IMG/VR virus record: IMGVR_UViG_3300044625_001301
Coordinates: 1-53,058 of that record
Source of the DNA: a virus
Taxonomy: Duplodnaviria > Caudoviricetes
DNA length: 53,058 nucleotides
Reading direction: 5' to 3' (one strand)
How positions within the stretch are numbered: position 1 is the stretch's first letter; every line of letters begins with the position of its first letter. Made by a program: the position numbers and the translations under genes. This document shows, in pieces, positions 9,301 to 14,796 of the stretch. Under the pieces are notes generated by a model. That model was not told the DNA's origin, ran no database searches, and was given only the letters and a program-made list of their open reading frames with translations.

Positions 9301-10686
9301 GGCACGGCGGCGGGCTACACGCGGCGGCTCCTGCTCAGGGTCGCCGCCAGCCCCGCCGAAAAAATCGTCACCACCACCCTGCGGTGCTCCCTGCTCAGGC
9401 ATCGGCGGACCGGACATGCCGGGGTCGCCGCCCTGGCCCTGCTCGACCTCTTCGAGCAGCAGCTGCTCGATGGTGCCCTCGGGCAGACCGAGCAGCGAGT
9501 CGATGACCTCCGGCGGGACCGGGGCCGAGCCGCTGGCGTCGTCCTGGGGGATCTCCTGCATCATCTCCGGGGGCAGCGGAGGGGCTTCCTGCGGGACGGT
9601 GAAGGACTCCCCGCCCGATTCCGGAGCAGCATCGCCACCCACCTGGTCGCCCATACCGCCGCCGAAGTCGCCGCCTCCGGAACCGCTGTCGTCGCTGCCG
9701 CCCTTGTCGCTCTCAGAGTCTTCCGAGTCGTCGTCCTCAGAGTCGTCGTCAGAGTCCTCAGAGTCGTCGCTGCCGCCGAAATCGCCGCCCTTGTCCTTGG
9801 TGGGAGCATCATCGCTGTCACTTTCGGATTCCGACGACTCGGAGTCGTCGCTGTCGTCATCGTCGTCGCTGTCGTCGCAGTCCTCGGCGGCCCGGATGAT
9901 CATCGACTGCAGGAGCCGGTAGTCGGCGTCGTGGATGCCGGTGCTGGCGTAGCGATCCAGGGTGTCCAGGGAGGCCACCCGCATCCCGTTGGAGCGGGCG
10001 AAGTCGGTGTAGATGTCGGCGACCAGACGGGCGGCTTCCTTCTTGTCGTGGTCTTCGACCTGATAGCCGCCGTTCTCGTGGTCGGGGCGGTAGGTCTTGC
10101 CCTTCCAGGAGTGCTGGTCATCCAGTTCTCTGTCCCGACCCGTGTCGGGATCAGCCTCACCGGCCTGGCGGCGGCGGGCGTGCCGGTCGGAGCCGGAGTC
10201 CCCGCCGGGGGTGAAGTCGTTGCCGCTGACCTTCTCGGGGCCGTCCTGGTCGACCGAGTCTTTCCAGCCCTCGAAGTCACCCTTGGGGATCAGGTTGCCC
10301 GACGACGGGTGGTAGGTCTCGTCGAGGTCTTGGTTCTTGGGCGGGCCGTCGCCGGAGGGCATCGAGCCGAACCCGGCCTCGTCGTGGCTCAGAGCCACCT
10401 TGTAGGGGTGGGCGACCTTCCAGTCCTGCTTCATCGCGTTCTGGATGCGGCGCATGGTGCCGGTGTTGGGGAAGATGTACGGCTCGACGGCGGCCCGGAT
10501 GTCGTGCTTGCTGTAGTGCCAGCGGTCACCGAACTCGTCGATCCCGGTCGCGCCCAGCAGGAAGCGCCCGAACTGGGCGCGGACCACGTCGATCGCGGCC
10601 TCCATGTGGCGGGCTGCGGTCTTCGCCGCCAGTCGTGGCTCGTGCTGCGCGGCCTCATCAGATTCGAACAGACCAAAGTCGGACAT
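6358..10686 (-). CDS. Very large (1442 aa) acidic/low-complexity head-associated protein with several Zn-ribbon motifs
   Basis: Long ORF; D/S/E-rich tracts; CSGC..CSKC, CSC..CSC, CTC..C..C motifs; many [RK]xA linker motifs; preceded by late-promoter motif. Confidence 0.8.
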   Translation of the reverse strand: MSDFGLFESDEAAQHEPRLAAKTAARHMEAAIDVVRAQFGRFLLGATGIDEFGDRWHYSKHDIRAAVEPYIFPNTGTMRRIQNAMKQDWKVAHPYKVALSHDEAGFGSMPSGDGPPKNQDLDETYHPSSGNLIPKGDFEGWKDSVDQDGPEKVSGNDFTPGGDSGSDRHARRRQAGEADPDTGRDRELDDQHSWKGKTYRPDHENGGYQVEDHDKKEAARLVADIYTDFARSNGMRVASLDTLDRYASTGIHDADYRLLQSMIIRAAEDCDDSDDDDDSDDSESSESESDSDDAPTKDKGGDFGGSDDSEDSDDDSEDDDSEDSESDKGGSDDSGSGGGDFGGGMGDQVGGDAAPESGGESFTVPQEAPPLPPEMMQEIPQDDASGSAPVPPEVIDSLLGLPEGTIEQLLLEEVEQGQGGDPGMSGPPMPEQGAPQGGGDDFFGGAGGDPEQEPPRVARRRAAAYDFPACSGCGSKSTKQTGNPAYGQSKEFKCSKCDHEFKGKAKSAARSFWAAEGEQEQESEGGGGGEQAAPAQDPAAAMGGGDPAAMGQMMPPPGSQAVAPPQPPMPMENQPAEDALLDTAGQAITQMIDRETQEYQQIIGPLSQALQAVQFAQQVEQAEHPMDVTPPEGSVNVDPSQAPGGAGNPQQQLARLIRKAKKTTVLASAAHLIARTYGVSERMLREAMSRRQYEHVAEAFRILPPQALQTPEVRAAARHIGEMFGADNSLFNHDVWMDSVVGPRMAATGKDRYQDKAYSQSRDRGRDEHKRNDLADAQAEDEQNHWEDDPDYRKMYDYRKMYNREGSRGRLPFDQARAAGFRTASDPRDREWDAWASGRDRGRDEHGVRDLAEGLAEYEEDPYQITHRGDGSLGDHLYGDYPDKAYHEDYVREHYPEPSRYTVGGRTAGETWKNTPTMDAFEHPKAGQTPEITDNMAINDLPQPTFKGLPKPKKNSRRTALDLGTKVRRWMDKQTEMGLNTGGDPMAEKYLQTHKVGPRGQEEVHQAIGVPEHPFVEEPPNPKNNPARAVNPVTKKGDRQKLGSRISKFINEHGGYHTRDDDDPEHVFTNPRNGEKYMVQHQDGTLFKPGDMLTNFRGDQDKFLGISKYPEGNSEGKISVNDNYGPVYYPKNYDAEIVPYTGGWDPDDSQDPMDPRLIGAGRRDATWGEWEPTKKASFFTRKVPGWRWDDHLNGYLAKEAKPFSCSCGQKVAAPSYKTCSCGKIWNVYAIGDTHHLASDSAEVFIAREIPVRDNVIMANKKLAARDAADCEACRDMAWQSAHENAFDLAKSQGMGHDEAVEHADRVAEKDSIYNLDGVKCSHDLDREEDESAHYAKIAKGDGGCTCWEGYERVPNTEPCASGSCRKKTSAKTHRELVAEIERLADWTKYDGEDPVAKAYGKPKPPSTSVAKPPQDWAKRKPAGDPSKKGGTWTPPSIPRKKK
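8281..8316. repeat. Perfect 18-bp tandem duplication (DYRKMY x2)
   Basis: GTACATCTTGCGGTAGTC occurs twice in tandem, in frame. Confidence 0.9.
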
Positions 10687-10724
10687 GTCCCTGCCTACTC
10701 CCAGTTGACGGTGCGGTTGGTTAC

Positions 10725-10764
10725 CTACACCTTCGAGCGGGCGGCGCGGCGTTTTACAGGATCA
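10725..10764 (-). promoter_or_regulatory. Candidate phage late promoter CCTGTA-N17-CTCGAAGnnnTAG
   Basis: Minus strand TGATCCTGTA-aaacgccgcgccgcccg-CTCGAAG-gtg-TAG; matches 2744-2783. Confidence 0.6.
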
Positions 10765-10992
10765 GAAAACCCGGTGCAGGGTCGGCAGCAGGGTCAGGTA
10801 CTCCCCGGCGCTGAGGATCTCGGGCTGCCCGGTGCTGCGGTCGACGAGGACCGTCAGGTTGGCGTACTCGTCGAGGTCGGTGTCGCGGAAACCGATCACG
10901 TAGCCGGTCTCGCTCTCCAGCACCCCGGCGGGGTTCACCGGCTGCTCCAGAGTCTGTCGGGCGATCTGGATCGCCTCGTCGATGTCGATCAA
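10762..10992 (-). CDS. Putative immunity protein (Imm35/YrhB-like)
   Basis: 76 aa acidic protein, IDEAIQIARQ..E.ETGYVI..VLVDRSTG pattern; start overlaps the stop of the upstream toxin-tipped ORF. Confidence 0.6.
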   Translation of the reverse strand: MIDIDEAIQIARQTLEQPVNPAGVLESETGYVIGFRDTDLDEYANLTVLVDRSTGQPEILSAGEYLTLLPTLHRVF

Positions 10993-13900
10993 CGGTCCCC
11001 CTGTGGGTCGTGTGGGGCGAAGATCGGGGTCCCGTCGGCGGTCCCCCGGTCGACCAGGAACTTGGCGGTCTCGGGTGCCAGCGTTTTGTCGTCGGTGCGC
11101 AGGAACCGCAGCGGCGACTCGATCTTGTTGCGTTCCACGATTCTAGCAGCCGGGTCGGTGGTCAGGATGTTTTTCCGGCGGCTGCGGCCATCGAGCGCGG
11201 TGTAGTCGACCCGGTCCCGGTAGTGGTCCCCGCTGCTGCCGCGTATCTGGTGGTCGAGGTAGTGGACCTGGCCGCTGTCACCGACTCGGGCGTTGAAGAC
11301 GTGGCGGACGAACTCGTTGGCGTGGGGGTGGGGGTAGGAGGCCATGATCACGGCCCGACCTCCGGGACCCCAGCTGGCGATCTGGCGGGTCATGTGGTCC
11401 CAGTGGTGGGGGCCGTCGTCGCCCTCGGCGAAGTGGTCCTGGGGGTCGATCCAGGCCGCCGGGACACCGTTGGCATCGCGCCACCAGGCCGCCAGCTCGT
11501 GGTCCTTGGGGATGTAGTCGTTGGTGTGTCCGCCCTTGGGGGAGTGGTACCGCTGCTGGGCCTCGACGTTGAGGCCGTGGTAGTTGGCGTCGGCGGCCAG
11601 CGCGCAACGTTGGCAGTTGATCATGTAGGCCCGCTGGCTGGCCAAATCGGGGTCCCCGGTCCCGGCCTTGAAGCGGGGGTTGATCAGTTCGCCGCCGATG
11701 TGCCGGTCGGGGTCGGGGATGCGGGAGAAGTGCTCCAGGGAGGGGACCGCGAACTTGCGGCTGTGCTGAAGCTCGACCCTGAGCAGGTCCCGGTGGCGCA
11801 GCAGCCGGAGGTGGGAGTCGAGGTCGTTGGGGTTGGCCAGGACCCGCTCGGCGGCCTGGTGGTAGGCACCGGCCATCCGCTTGAGCGCGCCGTAGTGGGT
11901 CTCGGCGGCCCAGGCCGGGGTGAGGTCGATGTGGTGGGCGTTGTGGTGGCCGCGCAGCGACTGCGGACCCTCGGGGTGCGCGCCGTGCAGTGCGTAGTGG
12001 TCGCGGCGGGCCAGGACCTCCTGGGCGTGGGCGATCGCCTCGTCCGGCGCAGCGGCCAGCCGGGCGTTGCGCTGCTCGTAGCTCCGCTGCATCTGGGTGC
12101 GCTTGTCAAAGATACGGGTGAGCCGATCCAAGTCGGCAGACTGATCCATGCGGAAGGGGTGCGACCGGTTGTGCAGCAACAACGCCCCGGCGGCGACCTC
12201 CTTGGGGTCGTAGCCGTGCCGCTCCACCGCCCTCGGGCCGGTCTGATAACGCCTGCCCTTCTCCGGGTAGTCAAGCATGTCTCCGGCCTGCTCCTGGCCC
12301 ATGCTGAAGCCTTTATGCGCCGCCGGGTAGCGCTCCTTGAGGAACTTCTCGATGTTCTTCCAGCTTCGCTCCGGTGGGAACGAGGCCGTGGGGTGCAGGG
12401 CGTCTCGGTTCTGCCCGGCCCATTCGCGAAACTCTTTTGCGATCCTGCTGGTGACTTCTTCGGGATCGAACCCCGCCGTCCGAAGGAATACAGCAGCCTG
12501 GCGAGTGCGCTGCTCGTAGGTGCGCTGCATCTGGTACCGCTTCTGGGCGATGTCGGTGAGGCGCTCGACGTCGCGCTGCTCCATGTCGCCCCGGAGCGGG
12601 TTGGAGCGGTTGTGCAGCAGCAGCATTGAGGCGGCGACCTCGGCGGGGTCGTAGCCATGCTTGGAGACCGCCTCAGGTCCGGTCTCATAGGGGGTCAGGT
12701 CGGCGGTGCCGTGCTGCTGGTAGGGCATCGGCCCGAGACCGTCGAGGGGCCTGGCGGCCTCCTCCAGGCCCATCTCGTGACCCTTGTGGGCCGCCGGGTA
12801 GCGGTCCTTGAGGAACGCCTCGATGTTGGGCCAGTGGCTGACCGGACCCTCGTCCGGGTTGCCGTGGTCAAGCCAGCCCTTCACCTCCGGGGCACCGGCC
12901 TTGTAGCGGGCGGCGAAGGTGTCGGTCCACCAGTCGTGGAACTGCTTGTCCAGCTTGTTGACCAGATCCTGGTTGAGGGCGGCGGTCCGCTCCGCGCGCA
13001 GCCTGTCGTAGTAATCCTTCAGGTGCGCGCTGGCAGCGCCGTGCTCCTCGGGGGGCAGCTTGCGGACGATCCGGGCGCGGGGGGAGACCAGTCGGGGGAA
13101 GTCCTCATCGTTCTCGGTGGGTCGGAACTTGCCGTCATCCCGCAAAATGTTGTTCCAGATCCACGGCCCCTCGTCGAGCGGCTCCAGCTCGTAGACGTTC
13201 TTGTGGTATTTCGTCGCCGGTGCCGGGTGGTTGTACATCCAGACCCAGTCGGCGTGGTTGGGTGCCCCAATGGAGTTCTCGTAGTAGTCGATCCGGTTCT
13301 GGTCGCCTCGGGCGCGGACCGACTCCAGGATGTCTCCGGGCTGATGCTCGTGGTCGCTGCCGTGGTAGAAGCTGCCCTGTTCGGGGATGTCGTCGGTCTT
13401 CTTCTTCCGGTCCATGACCAGGTAGTCGTAGGCGTCCCGTGACGGCATCGCCAGGCGGGCCTGCCGGGGGTGCAGGCCGGTGATGTCGCCGAACACCGAA
13501 GCCGCCTCCGGCCCCAGGTGCTGGTGGTAGAGCGCGTGCAGCAGTTGCTGGAAGCGGGGGCCGTGGCCGTCCCGGTGGTCGGTGTTGGTCAAGACGTGGG
13601 CGGTCTCGTGCAGCAGGGTCAGCGTGTTGGTGTGCTGCCCGGCCAGCGCGATCTTGTTGCCGTCGGTGTAGGCCTGCCCGGACCCCGGCTCCCGCAGCCC
13701 CCAGTCGTTGGGTTCCACCCGGATGCCGCCGCCGTGGCCGTGGCTGCGCAGGATGTCGTTGACGAACCGCTCGGCCTCGGCGGAATGTTCACGCTGCAGC
13801 CGCCGCACGTCGGGCTGGCCGTACTGGTCGTAGTAGCCGTGCTGGTGGGCCTGGGCGACGTTGGCGTTGGGGACGTGGAACGTCTGGCCGCCGAACCCGG

Positions 13901-14387
13901 CCCGCTCCATCACCTGCTCGGCCACCGATACCCGGCCCTCGTCGTCAAGGGAGTGCCCGTCGGCGGCGGCCAGCCTGCGCAAGTCCTCGGTCACGTCGGC
14001 CTCGATCGCGGCGGTGTGGGAGCCATCCTCCAAAATGGCGTCCCAGGCCTGTGGGGGCCGGGTCGGCGACGGGGTGGCTTTGGCCCATGCCTTGCCCGCG
14101 TCCGTCTGGTATTCAGGCCGGTCGTGCATGGGACGGCCCGCCGCTTCCCACATCGCGGTGCCCACACCCTTGCGGCGGTGCTTTTCCTCCACCTCGATGT
14201 TGGCGACATACGGGGTGTCGTCGTCTAGCCGGTCGATCTCTATCCACCCGGCGTGCTCGCCGTTGATGGTGGCCTTCACCATGTCACCTTCGTTGGTGAT
14301 CTCCAGGCCGGGGATGTGCTTGGCGGCAGCAGTCTTGCCTGTGACGTCGTCGTCCAGGCCGTCCAACCCCCACAGCCCCCAACTCAT
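10989..14387 (-). CDS. Multi-domain polyvalent protein: GNAT, HExxH metallopeptidase, Arr-like ADP-ribosyltransferase fold, two internal repeats, C-terminal Tox-PL-like papain-fold domain
   Basis: VANIEVEEKHRRKGVGTAMW (GNAT motif A); LLHETAH...HGPRF (zincin); FYHGSD...VWMY...VYELEP; NCQRC...HVFNA...YLD (Cys-His-Asp). Confidence 0.8.
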   Translation of the reverse strand: MSWGLWGLDGLDDDVTGKTAAAKHIPGLEITNEGDMVKATINGEHAGWIEIDRLDDDTPYVANIEVEEKHRRKGVGTAMWEAAGRPMHDRPEYQTDAGKAWAKATPSPTRPPQAWDAILEDGSHTAAIEADVTEDLRRLAAADGHSLDDEGRVSVAEQVMERAGFGGQTFHVPNANVAQAHQHGYYDQYGQPDVRRLQREHSAEAERFVNDILRSHGHGGGIRVEPNDWGLREPGSGQAYTDGNKIALAGQHTNTLTLLHETAHVLTNTDHRDGHGPRFQQLLHALYHQHLGPEAASVFGDITGLHPRQARLAMPSRDAYDYLVMDRKKKTDDIPEQGSFYHGSDHEHQPGDILESVRARGDQNRIDYYENSIGAPNHADWVWMYNHPAPATKYHKNVYELEPLDEGPWIWNNILRDDGKFRPTENDEDFPRLVSPRARIVRKLPPEEHGAASAHLKDYYDRLRAERTAALNQDLVNKLDKQFHDWWTDTFAARYKAGAPEVKGWLDHGNPDEGPVSHWPNIEAFLKDRYPAAHKGHEMGLEEAARPLDGLGPMPYQQHGTADLTPYETGPEAVSKHGYDPAEVAASMLLLHNRSNPLRGDMEQRDVERLTDIAQKRYQMQRTYEQRTRQAAVFLRTAGFDPEEVTSRIAKEFREWAGQNRDALHPTASFPPERSWKNIEKFLKERYPAAHKGFSMGQEQAGDMLDYPEKGRRYQTGPRAVERHGYDPKEVAAGALLLHNRSHPFRMDQSADLDRLTRIFDKRTQMQRSYEQRNARLAAAPDEAIAHAQEVLARRDHYALHGAHPEGPQSLRGHHNAHHIDLTPAWAAETHYGALKRMAGAYHQAAERVLANPNDLDSHLRLLRHRDLLRVELQHSRKFAVPSLEHFSRIPDPDRHIGGELINPRFKAGTGDPDLASQRAYMINCQRCALAADANYHGLNVEAQQRYHSPKGGHTNDYIPKDHELAAWWRDANGVPAAWIDPQDHFAEGDDGPHHWDHMTRQIASWGPGGRAVIMASYPHPHANEFVRHVFNARVGDSGQVHYLDHQIRGSSGDHYRDRVDYTALDGRSRRKNILTTDPAARIVERNKIESPLRFLRTDDKTLAPETAKFLVDRGTADGTPIFAPHDPQGDR

Positions 14388-14563
14388 GTGTCAACCCACT
14401 CTTTGATCACGGCCTCAGCCCGGTCGCGGGTCATCAGCCAGCCGTCGGGGGATTGGACGGCGGCGATCCGGCCCGCGCGGGCCTCGCCCTGGGCGAACTC
14501 CAAAGTCTTGCGGGCGCGGTGGGCGACCTCCACCAGGGAGGCGTGGGTGCGGGGGTTGATCAC
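14384..14563 (-). CDS. Hypothetical protein (about 59 aa)
   Basis: GTG start overlaps upstream stop; own stop overlaps downstream start. Confidence 0.55.
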   Translation of the reverse strand: MINPRTHASLVEVAHRARKTLEFAQGEARAGRIAAVQSPDGWLMTRDRAEAVIKEWVDT

Positions 14564-14796
14564 GACAGCAGACCCTTGAGCTTGTCCGGGGAGAACCCAC
14601 CCCAGTGCTGCTCCCCGTCGCCGACCACCACCACCGGGGCCTGCTGGTAGCCCAGCCCGGTCACGTAGGCGTGGGCGTCGGGGTCGACCGTGACATCTAT
14701 GACACGGTGCTCGATGCCCAGCCGATCCAACTGCTTCTTGGTCATGGTGCACTGCGGGCAGTTGGGCTTGGTGTAGACGGTGACGGCGGCGGTCAT
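14560..14796 (-). CDS. nrdH: NrdH-like glutaredoxin (in-frame C-terminal module with possible own start)
   Basis: MTAAVTVYTKPNCPQCTMTKKQLD...GYQQAPVV...WGGFSPDKL; purine-rich AGAAAAAGG upstream of the ATG. Confidence 0.85.
   Translation of the reverse strand: MTAAVTVYTKPNCPQCTMTKKQLDRLGIEHRVIDVTVDPDAHAYVTGLGYQQAPVVVVGDGEQHWGGFSPDKLKGLLS

Noticed and set aside
6841-11205. 1454-aa plus-strand ORF and other long plus-strand ORFs (739-2058, 3747-5654, 11010-12629, 37907-39337)
   Set aside because: Antisense shadows of GC3-rich minus-strand genes; V/G/L-rich, with no motifs or RBS.
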